Virus record (IMG/VR): IMGVR_UViG_3300049846_000848 | Coordinates: 1 to 64,000 of that record | From: a virus | Direction: 5' to 3' (one strand) | Length of the DNA stretch: 64,000 nt | Shown: piece by piece, positions 8,110 to 18,035 of the stretch | Layout: every line of letters begins with the position of its first letter | How positions within the stretch are numbered: position 1 is the first letter of the stretch | Position numbers and translations under genes: made by a program | Notes under the pieces: generated by a model | Seen by the model: the letters and a program-made list of their open reading frames with translations, nothing else | Databases searched by the model: none | Told to the model about the DNA's origin: nothing

Positions 8110-8498
8110 GCGAATCATCTTTTAAATTCAATCCAGAAATAGATCACACAATCAACGTAGCTAGACTACAAGAGGACTGCATCAATTTCCCCTCCATCCT
8201 GTACCATTACTGCACAGCTAAAGCAGATGCAGAGGAAGCCTTTGAGGCGTCTAAGCTTAGTTATGAGGAAGCTAAAGCCACGGTGTACCTACTTACTAAA
8301 CAAGGTGCAGATAAGATTACAGAGAAGCATTTAGAGGCTATCATTACTACCGATCATAAGGTACTTAAGGCTAAAGAGACTATGCTAAAAGCTAAGAGAG
8401 ATTTTGAAACTATTAAGGGTTATGTTGATTCACTTAGAGCTAAGAAAGATATGTTGGTGCAATTAAGTGCTGATATGAGATCAGAGAGGAACATGTGA
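8106..8498 (+). CDS. UvsY-like recombination mediator
   Basis: all-helical 130-aa protein with KITEKHLEAII and LRAKKDML, directly upstream of the RecA-like gene. Confidence 0.65.
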   Translation: MSESSFKFNPEIDHTINVARLQEDCINFPSILYHYCTAKADAEEAFEASKLSYEEAKATVYLLTKQGADKITEKHLEAIITTDHKVLKAKETMLKAKRDFETIKGYVDSLRAKKDMLVQLSADMRSERNM

Positions 8499-9394
8499 TG
8501 AATACCAGAGATTTTGCAAAATCAATCCGTGAAGGAGTAAATAAAAGACTAGGTAAAGAGGCTATATTCGTAGCCGACGAGAATACCGAACTACTGCAGG
8601 TATCTGACTGGGTAGATATGCCTGACTTTTTTAAGACAGCTACCGGAGGTAAAGGTATCCCCTGCGGACACATTACCCAGGTAGTAGGAGACTCAGACAC
8701 CGGCAAGACTACTCTTGTAATGATAGCTATGAGAGAATGTCAGAAGCAGAATGGCCTAGTATTCCTTATTGACTCCGAGCATAAGTTCTCTATGGAAAGA
8801 TTCGCCTCCATGGGAGGAGATCCTACCGCGCTAGAGATCATACCATGTGAGTCATTAGAAGATGCCTGGAATGGACTAGACGCACTATTCCTACAAATTA
8901 GTGAAGTAGCCGCTAAGATGAAGGGAGAACTACCTAAGATACTCCTAGTATGGGATTCAGTAGCAGCCTCAGTAGCTGACCGTATCCTAACCGCAGATGC
9001 CGAGGATGCTCACGTAGCAGTAGAAGCTAAGATCAATAACATTCAAGTACGTAAGCTACGCCAGCAGATCAAGAGACTAAACGTAGCCGCCATGTTCATT
9101 AACCACACCTATATGTCCATGCCTAAGTTTGGTATAGCTAAAGAGATCATTAAAGGCGGAGCCGAGCTATATTACATGTCCACCCTAATAGTTAAGACTA
9201 AGCGTAAGTCATGGCTTAAGCGTACGGTAAAGGGCATAGATCAGAAATTCGGTATCGAATCCATCCTATCGGTCTTTAAAGGTCACTTCCACGGGCGTAA
9301 GAATGATATAGAATTCTTTATAGTAGATAAGAACGTCTTTACTACTAAAGAAGAACTAGAAGAGTATAAAGAATCTATTAAGGGAGAACTATGA
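8495..9394 (+). CDS. recA: RecA/UvsX-like recombinase
   Basis: GGKGIPCG, Walker A GDSDTGKTT, IDSEH, Walker B LVWDSVAA, FINH, KGG. Confidence 0.9.
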   Translation: MMNTRDFAKSIREGVNKRLGKEAIFVADENTELLQVSDWVDMPDFFKTATGGKGIPCGHITQVVGDSDTGKTTLVMIAMRECQKQNGLVFLIDSEHKFSMERFASMGGDPTALEIIPCESLEDAWNGLDALFLQISEVAAKMKGELPKILLVWDSVAASVADRILTADAEDAHVAVEAKINNIQVRKLRQQIKRLNVAAMFINHTYMSMPKFGIAKEIIKGGAELYYMSTLIVKTKRKSWLKRTVKGIDQKFGIESILSVFKGHFHGRKNDIEFFIVDKNVFTTKEELEEYKESIKGEL

Positions 9395-10386
9395 TCTTAA
9401 TCACAGACCTACATTACAATAGAGGTAACGTAGAGACAGTGGATAAGGTAGTCCGATATGCGTTTGAATTAGCAAGACAAAAAGGTGTGCCACTAGTATC
9501 TCTTGGAGATACGCATGATACTAAGGCTATAATGAGAGGTGAATGCGTATCAGCCCTGCTAAGCACCTGTAGAGCCTACTCAGATGTAAAGTTCTACGTA
9601 CTGATTGGAAATCATTGCTTATGGAATGTTAAAGATGATAAAAGACATTCATTAGAATTTCTAGAAGAGGTTAGCAATGTCTACGTAATGTCTAATAAGC
9701 TAGAGCCGCAATTCCGTACGTTAGGTAACGTAGGATTTATACCATATAAAGCTAACGTAGAAGAGATAGATAAAGAGTTAGAATTCTTTAGGTCTATCGG
9801 AGTAGACACCTTATTCATGCATCAAGGCATCAAGACTGCCTTTCAAAATGCAGGTAGACTAGACGAGGATGGTTACGACCCAGACAAGCTAAAAGGATTC
9901 AATGTCTTCGTAGGGCACTACCATAATCCGCACTACGTAAACGATCATATCTATTACATCGGATCAACCTTATCCCATTCTTTCGGAGAAGCTAATCAAA
10001 CTAAATCTATAGTAAGTTTAGATACTAGTACTGGGATTATGGAGCTTATCCCATCACCTGCCCCGCAGCATCGTTCATATACTATATCAGAAGATAATCT
10101 ATCTAATATCAATAACATAGATCATAAGTCAGGCGATCCAGTAAGATTAGTCCTTAAAGGTTCAAAGACTTTTATTGACTCTTTTATTAAATCTGATAAG
10201 CTTAAGGAATATGGGGAAGCAGTTAAGGTAGTTAAAGAATATACCAAGACTGAGGGGGCTATTAATCTTAACCCTAAAGCATCTAAGATAGAGATCTTCT
10301 CTAAGTTTATAGAGGGGCAGAAATTAGATGAAGCTACTAGCCAAGCCTTATTAGATAGAGTAAAAGAGGTACAGACTAGCCTATGA
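9391..10386 (+). CDS. sbcD: SbcD/Mre11-like nuclease
   Basis: TDLH, LGDTHD, GNH, HQG and GHYH metallophosphoesterase motifs; adjacent to SbcC. Confidence 0.88.
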   Translation: MILITDLHYNRGNVETVDKVVRYAFELARQKGVPLVSLGDTHDTKAIMRGECVSALLSTCRAYSDVKFYVLIGNHCLWNVKDDKRHSLEFLEEVSNVYVMSNKLEPQFRTLGNVGFIPYKANVEEIDKELEFFRSIGVDTLFMHQGIKTAFQNAGRLDEDGYDPDKLKGFNVFVGHYHNPHYVNDHIYYIGSTLSHSFGEANQTKSIVSLDTSTGIMELIPSPAPQHRSYTISEDNLSNINNIDHKSGDPVRLVLKGSKTFIDSFIKSDKLKEYGEAVKVVKEYTKTEGAINLNPKASKIEIFSKFIEGQKLDEATSQALLDRVKEVQTSL

Positions 10387-12296
10387 AATTCTCTAAGCTA
10401 TATATTCGTAACTTTAGATCTATTCAATCACATCTATATACTTTCGATCATAGTGGACTATGTGGCATCATAGGATCTAATGGAGTAGGTAAGTCCTCGT
10501 TATTATTAGCTTTAGTTTATAATTTATTTGGAAGAATATCTAAAGACGTAAAGCTATCGGAGGTAGTTAACTGGGATTCTAAAGGAGATTTATTAACTCA
10601 ATTAGAATTTACTAATAATGGCAGCAGCTATACCATTATACGTACCGTAGACTCTACCGAGTATGGTACTGATTTAATCATTATAAAAGACGGTCAACGT
10701 ATTAGAGGAGCTAATAAGACTGAAACTCAGACAATTCTAGAAGAACAAATACTAGGGATGAATTTCGATACCTTCTGCAGCTCAGTGTATTTCAACATAC
10801 AGTCAGCAGCTGGCTCCATACTGTATGCTACCGAGGCTAATCGCCGTAAAGCTTTTAATGAAATCACAGGCTTAGACTACTATGATAAGTTCTTTGCTAA
10901 AGTAAAAGATAAATGTAAGGAATTAAAGGAGACGCTACAATCGGCTAAGATTAGATTAGATGAGGTATCCAGGTCAGTAGAATCCGATGGGACTGTAGCG
11001 CTAGCAGCTAAGGTTAAAACTTGGCAAGATGAACATGAGGCTAAGATATCAGAACTAACTATTAAGGATTCTAAATATAGCTTAGAGGTTAACCAGAAAG
11101 TATTAGAGATGGATAAGAAGATGGATCAGCTACGAGCTGCTATCCAAGATCTAGAAAATCTATTAAGTAAAGAGGATAATGCTAGTAAAGATGCCGCAAT
11201 AGTATCAGCTGAGATTAGTATATTATCTGAAGAGATTAGTGATTACTATAAGAAGATGCCAGAATTAGAAGTATTAAATTCTAAGACAGGTGAGTTGATT
11301 ACTAGTTTAAATGCCTATAAAAATAGATTAGCTAACCTAGATTCGGAGGTGAATAGTAATTGTGACGAATGTGGCCAACTAATAACTAGGGAAGGATTAG
11401 ACCATATCAGGTCTTATTTAAACAATAAAACAACCGTAATCAAACAAGCTGGAGCCCCACTATATGAACGAGCCACCGAGATAAAGAAAGAGTTAGATGC
11501 TATGGGTTCTATAGAAGATAAAGAATCTAAACTAAAAGAGCTTAAAGCTAAGTTAAATAGTCATAAGGCATCTAATAAAGCTCCAATGCTTAAAGCATCT
11601 ATAGAGGCTAATAAGAATAGTTTATCCAATCTAGTACAACGAAAGGCAGAGGTTAAAGCTACTCCCAGTCCGTATAAAGCCGAGTTAGATGTATTATCTA
11701 ATCAGACTAATCCTTACACTGAATTATTAGAGAAACAAAGAGAACAGTATATAAAGCTATTAGAACGTAAACAAGCTGCTACTACTATTCTAGTAGACAT
11801 ACAGACTGATCTAGCTTATTGGGAACGCTTAAAAGATTATGAGAAAGAACTAAAGCTATACTTAGTCCAAGATACTGTAACCAGCATTAATTACTATTTA
11901 GCGTCATTCCTAGATACTCTAGGGGACGGGGTCATAAAGTGTGAGTTTATAATCAATGAAGGATCTAACATAACCATAGATATAGCAGTTAGAGGTAATG
12001 CTACCTCATTCTTCTCGTTATCCCTGGGCCAACAAGCCATCGCACGATTCTGCACTCAACTAGCTTTTTTTAAGCATATTCAGGAATCTCTAGGACTTAA
12101 CTTCCCTTTCTTATTCTTAGACGAGGGATTAGATGGGATGGATGAAACTAATAAAGCTAAAGCCGCAGACCTTATTCGTAATGTTTTCAATAACTTAGAA
12201 TGCGTTTATATTATTGACCACGATAAACCATTCCTATCTAAACTAGATACTTACATTGAAGTAGAGGCAGATAATGGTATTACCAAATTCTTATAA
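10383..12296 (+). CDS. sbcC: SbcC/Rad50-like SMC ATPase
   Basis: NFRS, Walker A GSNGVGKS, coiled coil with zinc hook CDEC, signature LSLGQ, Walker B LFLDE. Confidence 0.92.
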   Translation: MKFSKLYIRNFRSIQSHLYTFDHSGLCGIIGSNGVGKSSLLLALVYNLFGRISKDVKLSEVVNWDSKGDLLTQLEFTNNGSSYTIIRTVDSTEYGTDLIIIKDGQRIRGANKTETQTILEEQILGMNFDTFCSSVYFNIQSAAGSILYATEANRRKAFNEITGLDYYDKFFAKVKDKCKELKETLQSAKIRLDEVSRSVESDGTVALAAKVKTWQDEHEAKISELTIKDSKYSLEVNQKVLEMDKKMDQLRAAIQDLENLLSKEDNASKDAAIVSAEISILSEEISDYYKKMPELEVLNSKTGELITSLNAYKNRLANLDSEVNSNCDECGQLITREGLDHIRSYLNNKTTVIKQAGAPLYERATEIKKELDAMGSIEDKESKLKELKAKLNSHKASNKAPMLKASIEANKNSLSNLVQRKAEVKATPSPYKAELDVLSNQTNPYTELLEKQREQYIKLLERKQAATTILVDIQTDLAYWERLKDYEKELKLYLVQDTVTSINYYLASFLDTLGDGVIKCEFIINEGSNITIDIAVRGNATSFFSLSLGQQAIARFCTQLAFFKHIQESLGLNFPFLFLDEGLDGMDETNKAKAADLIRNVFNNLECVYIIDHDKPFLSKLDTYIEVEADNGITKFL

Positions 12297-12870
12297 GCTA
12301 TTAGCCCTAGATATCAGTACTAATACTGGGTGGGCGCTATTTGATTCTAACCCCACCTCATTGGTAGCTCACGGACTACTAGAAGTATCTGTAGAAGACT
12401 TCAATGTAAACAATAAACCAGAGACTAGGTCAATATATCCACGTAATATAAAAGACGCCGCAGATGCTATGGCTCTACAGATATACAATCTATGCAGGGG
12501 GTATGAGCCCTCTATTATAGTCATAGAGAATACAGTCAGAGGACGTAACCGTAACACCCAGAGATTATTAGAGTGGATACATAAATCAGTCTATGACCTA
12601 CTCGGCTCCGAGTTCCGGGTCCTGTACCTAGACCCATCGCAATGGCGTAAGATTCTAGAACTAAGATTATCGAAAGACGATAAAGATCATAACGCACAAG
12701 TTAAGAAGGGGGCTACTAGAGGTAAGTTAACTCAGAAGCACTTGTCAGTTAGGCGAGTTAATGATAAATATAATCTAATGCTTAAATTGCAAGACAATGA
12801 TATAGCAGATGCGATTAACTTAGGTGAAGCCGCAGTATCAGTATTTAATAAACTAACCCAAGGAGAATAA
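12274..12870 (+). CDS. ruvC: RuvC-like Holliday junction resolvase
   Basis: LALDISTNTGWA, IVIE, DPSQWRK, DIADAI. Confidence 0.8.
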   Translation: MVLPNSYKLLALDISTNTGWALFDSNPTSLVAHGLLEVSVEDFNVNNKPETRSIYPRNIKDAADAMALQIYNLCRGYEPSIIVIENTVRGRNRNTQRLLEWIHKSVYDLLGSEFRVLYLDPSQWRKILELRLSKDDKDHNAQVKKGATRGKLTQKHLSVRRVNDKYNLMLKLQDNDIADAINLGEAAVSVFNKLTQGE

Positions 12871-12871
12871 C

Positions 12872-13222
12872 ATGGGCGCTTTTGGACCGAACATTCATCA
12901 ACTAGACGCACGATCAAAGAAACTAGAGAAACTAGCTGAAAGATTCCAGCAGTTTGATTCATTCCTATTCCAGACTATGCGTAAGCAAGATCAGATCCTG
13001 GCTATGCATGATTCAGTACTAAACTCTCTTAAGACTAACCTAATTAATAAGGGGGTAATTACTGAGGAAGAATATACTAAGATCTTCGAGGAATCTAAGG
13101 CCAGCGTAAAGCAACGGTCAGAGGACGTACTAAAACAGATTCAAGAAGCTAATAAGCCTACAGAGGAAGTGAAGACAGAGGCTAAGGCAGAAGTTACGGA
13201 GTCTACTGAATCACAAGGATAA
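12872..13222 (+). CDS. hypothetical protein
   Basis: 116-aa helical ORF with AGGAG RBS. Confidence 0.7.
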   Translation: MGAFGPNIHQLDARSKKLEKLAERFQQFDSFLFQTMRKQDQILAMHDSVLNSLKTNLINKGVITEEEYTKIFEESKASVKQRSEDVLKQIQEANKPTEEVKTEAKAEVTESTESQG

Positions 13223-13226
13223 GTCT

Positions 13227-14579
13227 ATGACCAAAGCTAGATACGTAGTTACTTCTATTATACCTGGGGCTAGTTTAAATTCTGAATTTATCAGAGCATT
13301 AAACACCTACTGTAAGGTTAATAACGCTAAACTTAAAGTACTAGAATGTGATTACAACTATATAGACGATATTACCGATAATGGATATAACGAAGCAGTT
13401 AAACAAGAATTAGCTGAATTCTTAATAGCTGGTGGTTATATATTCAATAACTCGTTAAGGGCGTCTACCTTTAAGTCTAAAGTTAATATCATTGACCCGT
13501 TAGCTTCAATGGAAGCCTTAGTATCTAGCGAAGGTAATCTAATCGTACCATTTCCTAGACATCGCTTTAAATCAGTAGCCAGAAGCCTAAAGCACTCGGC
13601 TACACCTAGAGGTATCTGGTGTACCGGAACTATATCAGAACCCTATTACAAATCATCTAAGTCAGGCAGGATCGCGGAATGCTACCATACCTTAGGTGCT
13701 CTTTCAATAGAAATAGAGAACGAGGATATATTTCATATTCGCCAACTACAATTCGATGGGCAGGGCTTCTATGATCTAGATACGTACTACACTAAAGATG
13801 GTCATACAAAGACAGAAGACGCAGTATTGGGTATATCTCTAGGGGATCTTCATCCTCCATTCCTAAATGATTTCATAATGACTCAATCAATTTCTTTACT
13901 GAAAGAACTTAAACCACTACACGTCATATACCACGACACCTTCGATGCCTGTACCATCTCACACCATGTAGAGAATAAGAAGATAACTAAGTCATTAATT
14001 TTAAATGAGGTTGATTCATTACAGGGAGAGTTGAAGTTAACAGCTTCCATCTTGAATAGCTATCAAGCTGCGGCACCTAACGCCGAACACCATATAGTAA
14101 AGTCTAATCATGACGAACATCTTGATCGTTACTTAGATGAGTTTAGATTCAAAGAAGATACGCTTAACTTAAAGTTAGCTCTAGAATTAGCTTTACAATT
14201 AGTTAAATATAAGCAAGCAGATGCTACCCAGGGGCCATTAGAGTATGGCTTAAAGAAGTTCGAGAAGCTAGATAAGTTTATATTCCATGAGAGAGATAGT
14301 AAGTTAGCATTAGCCGGTATAGAAGTACTTAACCATGGGGATCATTCAGCTAATGGAGCTAAGTCTAATACTAAGCAAAACGGCTTAGCCTTTACAGGTA
14401 AACTAGTTACCGGGCATACACATGCACCTGAGATAGGTCCCTACAATAACTTTGTAAACGGTACCAGCACCCATCTGTCACTAGAATATACTAATGATAG
14501 CGGTACTAGCAGCTGGCTAAATACCCATACTCTCATATATAAGAATGGGACAATGACTCATTATCACATCATACCGTAG
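13227..14579 (+). CDS. calcineurin-like metallophosphoesterase
   Basis: GDLH, HDTFD, SNHD, HGDH, GHTH. Confidence 0.75.
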   Translation: MTKARYVVTSIIPGASLNSEFIRALNTYCKVNNAKLKVLECDYNYIDDITDNGYNEAVKQELAEFLIAGGYIFNNSLRASTFKSKVNIIDPLASMEALVSSEGNLIVPFPRHRFKSVARSLKHSATPRGIWCTGTISEPYYKSSKSGRIAECYHTLGALSIEIENEDIFHIRQLQFDGQGFYDLDTYYTKDGHTKTEDAVLGISLGDLHPPFLNDFIMTQSISLLKELKPLHVIYHDTFDACTISHHVENKKITKSLILNEVDSLQGELKLTASILNSYQAAAPNAEHHIVKSNHDEHLDRYLDEFRFKEDTLNLKLALELALQLVKYKQADATQGPLEYGLKKFEKLDKFIFHERDSKLALAGIEVLNHGDHSANGAKSNTKQNGLAFTGKLVTGHTHAPEIGPYNNFVNGTSTHLSLEYTNDSGTSSWLNTHTLIYKNGTMTHYHIIP

Positions 14580-14583
14580 TACC

Positions 14584-14593
14584 CGTATAATTA
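14584..14593 (+). promoter_or_regulatory. late-promoter motif copy
   Basis: CGTATAATTA. Confidence 0.6.
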
Positions 14594-14597
14594 CATT

Positions 14598-14777
14598 ATG
14601 GGTCAAGCGAAAGAAAGTAAGCCTATTACTATATCAGAACATGAGCTTACCGTCTTAGTTGACACCGTTAATACTACGTTACTAGAACTTATAAGGATAA
14701 GATCTCAATTAAAGAAGTTATTAAATGAATCGCAAGCAGACCGCCCTAACCTTAGAGTGCTCCCTACAGATAGTTGA
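14598..14777 (+). CDS. small hypothetical protein (59 aa, absent from the ORF track; probably leaderless)
   Basis: MGQAKESKPITISEHEL...LPTDS; ATG lies 6 nt after TATAAT. Confidence 0.55.
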   Translation: MGQAKESKPITISEHELTVLVDTVNTTLLELIRIRSQLKKLLNESQADRPNLRVLPTDS

Positions 14778-14917
14778 ATTTAGACTACATACGTTACGAT
14801 CTAGTCCCTATATATCATTATCCTACTATCGTCATCTCCTACAGCTAAAGAAGTCATTACTACTAGAATTAGTAGCCCTACGTAAAATCAGTTATTTACG
14901 CGCCTAAACCAATTTAA

Positions 14918-14947
14918 TTGACACTACCCAAGATTCTATGATATTAT
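14918..14947 (+). promoter_or_regulatory. sigma70-type promoter
   Basis: TTGACA-18 nt-TATTAT with TG extension; ATG 14955 follows after 7 nt. Confidence 0.55.
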
Positions 14948-14954
14948 ATCTAGC

Positions 14955-15458
14955 ATGGTAGTCTTATTACTATTATTATCATTTAGTACCTTTGCCGATG
15001 ATCTATTAAGTGCCCATATCGCAAAGAATAACCCTAAGCTAGATAAAGTCTATATTAACAGACTAGCTAAAGCTATTAAGGTGTCTAGTAATAGACATGG
15101 GATAGATGCTAAGATCTACTCAGCTATGTTAATGCAAGAATCTGGCTATAGGATGGGAGTTCATAACTGCTATAAAATACCAGCCGATTCTAAGGCACTT
15201 AAACTAAATCACTGCGAAGACTTCTCTATATCTATGATTAATAGAAAGACGATAGAGGCTTATGGCTTTAACAAGCAGCGACTTATCACCAGTCTAGAAT
15301 ACGCCGTAGATTGTGGGGCTATAGTTTTAAAGGATCTAAAGAAGCGCTATGGACATGACTCAGATTATTGGGTACGATATAACGTAGGCACTAGACCTAA
15401 ACACAAGATTCCTACTATATGGAATGATTATAAGGTAGCGGTATTAAGATGGCTCTGA
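14955..15458 (+). CDS. lytic transglycosylase (SLT domain) with signal peptide
   Basis: MLMQESGY catalytic Glu motif, SMIN, RYN; N-terminal MVVLLLLLSFSTFA. Confidence 0.75.
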   Translation: MVVLLLLLSFSTFADDLLSAHIAKNNPKLDKVYINRLAKAIKVSSNRHGIDAKIYSAMLMQESGYRMGVHNCYKIPADSKALKLNHCEDFSISMINRKTIEAYGFNKQRLITSLEYAVDCGAIVLKDLKKRYGHDSDYWVRYNVGTRPKHKIPTIWNDYKVAVLRWL

Positions 15459-15637
15459 CCGACATTAAAAGAGAAGAGTTAAAACTAGTGCTGAATAAGC
15501 TAGCTGAGAAAGTAAAAGACGCTGCTGCAAAGATAGGTAAATTATATAACGTAGGTATAAAGATAAATATAGTATGGGAATGGGAAGACTTAGATGAATC
15601 AACCACAAGAAGTACTGAGTCAAATCTTAGAGACTAA
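15449..15637 (+). CDS. hypothetical protein
   Basis: 62-aa ORF overlapping its neighbours in an operon. Confidence 0.5.
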   Translation: MALTDIKREELKLVLNKLAEKVKDAAAKIGKLYNVGIKINIVWEWEDLDESTTRSTESNLRD

Positions 15638-16151
15638 GATAGACATTCAGCTACGACGAATATATCTAGTAGGAGAGATAGGCGAAAGTAGCGCCTTCCT
15701 AGTTGAATCTGGACTAACTCTATTAGAGTCTATAGATCCGGTAGCTCCGATAACTATATGGATATGTTCTGAGGGTGGGGATATTAATGCTGGCTATGCT
15801 ATTATAGATTCTATAATAAGCCGAGAGATAGAAATAAATACTCATTGTTTCGGTAATGCTTTCAGTATGGCTGCCTGGATATTGGCGGTAGGTGACAATA
15901 GAAGTATGACTGCTCACTCCTTCGCAATGATACACGAGGGGCAGTTTAGCTTCTCTGACGAGACTATGAGCCATACTAAACTTGAGCAGTACCGTAAATT
16001 TCATAAAGAACTGGAACGTCAAGGATGGAAGATACTAGGAGAACGCACCAAGCGTACTGCCGGATGGTGGAAAAAGAAATGTGAATCAGGGGAACTGTTC
16101 CTCTCTGCTGTAAAGTCAAGGTCATTAGGTTTAATAGATAGAATAACGTAA
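15594..16151 (+). CDS. clpP: ClpP-like protease
   Basis: RRIYLVGEI, ICSEGGD, catalytic Ser in AFSMAA, His in MIHE, LGLID. Confidence 0.85.
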   Translation: MNQPQEVLSQILETKIDIQLRRIYLVGEIGESSAFLVESGLTLLESIDPVAPITIWICSEGGDINAGYAIIDSIISREIEINTHCFGNAFSMAAWILAVGDNRSMTAHSFAMIHEGQFSFSDETMSHTKLEQYRKFHKELERQGWKILGERTKRTAGWWKKKCESGELFLSAVKSRSLGLIDRIT

Positions 16152-16166
16152 TCTAAGGATAGGTTT

Positions 16167-16757
16167 ATGAAGTCCAGGAAGGACCCCCCACCATCGTACT
16201 ATATACGGAAGTTAAACTTTCTCTATAAGAGGTATAGAATTTTATTTAAAAGTTATTTCGGATGGACTTATGAAGATTTCGTATCTGAATTAACTGCAGT
16301 CTATTATAAAGCTAGAGGTAAGTGGAACCCAGATAAATCCCAGCTCACCACCTTCATCATCAACTGTATGACCAACTTCATACTAGATAAATATAGGGAT
16401 ACTACCTGGCAGAAGAGGGCACCGTTTGTATCATTTGAACCTACTACAGAAGAAAGCTATAATAACTATGAGTCCACCATTAAAAGTAAGGATGGTCAAT
16501 TGGAAGCTTTAGTAGCCTATAACGATCCAGAATCTAATATTCTAGCTAAGGAAGAGATCACTGAAAGACTAGCACTAGTATCAGGTGAAGAGCGAGAGAT
16601 ACTAACCTTATTGATTCATGAAGAGGCTACCGCATTAGAGATAGCCTTATATCTTGATAAGACCGAGCAAGAGGTCATAGATATAATGTCTCGTATGGAG
16701 AAAAAGTTAATGCGAAAGGAGGCTCATGGAAAAAGAAGCGTTAAGACAATTAATTAG
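16167..16757 (+). CDS. phage RNA polymerase sigma factor (sigma70 family)
   Basis: region-2-like EDFVSE...KWNPDKSQLTTFI; C-terminal region-4-like HTH EIALYLDKTEQEV. Confidence 0.75.
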   Translation: MKSRKDPPPSYYIRKLNFLYKRYRILFKSYFGWTYEDFVSELTAVYYKARGKWNPDKSQLTTFIINCMTNFILDKYRDTTWQKRAPFVSFEPTTEESYNNYESTIKSKDGQLEALVAYNDPESNILAKEEITERLALVSGEEREILTLLIHEEATALEIALYLDKTEQEVIDIMSRMEKKLMRKEAHGKRSVKTIN

Positions 16758-16986
16758 AGAAGAGCTAAACAAGCTTATTCTAGAAGACTTTCCTATTAAG
16801 CTTAGTAAGATAACATTAGAGCCTAATGAGTTCCTAATAGTTAAAGTTGAAGGAGAATTAGACAATACATTCTACAAAAATACTCAGGCTGTACTAGCCG
16901 AATATTTCGGAAAGAGAGCTTTAGTTATGGGATCTACTAAACAATATCACATAGAGATAGTTAAAGGAGTTACTAAAAATGACTAA
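16726..16986 (+). CDS. hypothetical protein
   Basis: AGGAGG RBS, 86 aa. Confidence 0.65.
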   Translation: MEKEALRQLIREELNKLILEDFPIKLSKITLEPNEFLIVKVEGELDNTFYKNTQAVLAEYFGKRALVMGSTKQYHIEIVKGVTKND

Positions 16987-17323
16987 GTTAGCTAAAGTCT
17001 TCGAGCAAGGTGACTACTCAGTAATAGTATCTCGGGACGGTGCTCAAGCCATGATAGTACAATTGGTAAAGACCACTACTGTACGCTACCGGGAACTAGA
17101 TGGGTCAGAGACTTCCAGACCTACCCAGCAGGCTATTGAGACAATAAGCGTATATTTAGAAGATAAGAAGGGTGAGGTACGAAATTACGATGAGTTAGAC
17201 AAAGAGTTAGAGACTAGAATCTCTGAACTATCCAGAAGAGCGAAATCTATGGCCACGAAAGAGGCATTAGGTAACAATCTTCTAAATAAGGTAACAAGAA
17301 AATATGACGGATCAGACAAATAA
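16979..17323 (+). CDS. hypothetical protein
   Basis: AGGAG RBS, 114 aa. Confidence 0.65.
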   Translation: MTKLAKVFEQGDYSVIVSRDGAQAMIVQLVKTTTVRYRELDGSETSRPTQQAIETISVYLEDKKGEVRNYDELDKELETRISELSRRAKSMATKEALGNNLLNKVTRKYDGSDK

Positions 17324-18035
17324 AGACAAAGAAGAAATGCTGCTAAAGGCAGGGGCGGAGATAGCTCCTGCTCCAGAAGTTAAGTATAAGCATCCAGATG
17401 CTGAACTAGATGTAGCAGATCAAGATAAGATCTTCCAACTTTACTGCATGGATAGGAAGTCAGTGACATCTATATCTAGGGAGTTAAAGATATCTAGAGA
17501 ATTGATATCTAACCTAATTAGAAGTAAACAACTCACCAAGCTTCGAGATGATATAATACTTAGTGAACGTAAGGAATTAATTAAAAGTGCTCGTCATAAA
17601 ATAGCCACCGGATTTAGCGATAACATAACTGTAGCGTCAGAGATAGCCGGGTTCTATAAGCGTAAGTTATTGAAATCAAAGAAAGCCCATGGAGATATAT
17701 CTCATTTTATCTCTACATTATCGGAAAAAGATTTCTCTATAATGAAATACACCATGGATATTCTACACCGATATGTGCATACAGGATTAAATTCGGAGTT
17801 AGCTAAAGGTGATGCCGAAACTAATGCCGCTACAGCCCCGGTAGTAGTGGAGTTCTCCGAGGGGTATAAGCCTGAGTTATTAGAGGATTCTAGATTTAAA
17901 GCCGCAGATATCATAAAAAGCGTAGAGGCTAGGACTGCAGCAGAAGAGAAAGAATCAATTGAATTAATTGAAGTAATTGATACCGATCACGTAAAGGAAA
18001 TGGATGTCGAAGACGACTCTAAAGATAAATTATAA
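17304..18035 (+). CDS. probable terminase small subunit
   Basis: N-terminal HTH (SVTSISRELKISRELIS); directly upstream of TerL. Confidence 0.6.
   Translation: MTDQTNKDKEEMLLKAGAEIAPAPEVKYKHPDAELDVADQDKIFQLYCMDRKSVTSISRELKISRELISNLIRSKQLTKLRDDIILSERKELIKSARHKIATGFSDNITVASEIAGFYKRKLLKSKKAHGDISHFISTLSEKDFSIMKYTMDILHRYVHTGLNSELAKGDAETNAATAPVVVEFSEGYKPELLEDSRFKAADIIKSVEARTAAEEKESIELIEVIDTDHVKEMDVEDDSKDKL

Noticed and set aside
14725-14907. 60-aa ORF in the track
   Set aside because: Overlaps the better-supported 14598-14777 ORF and has no RBS; not excluded, but unsupported.
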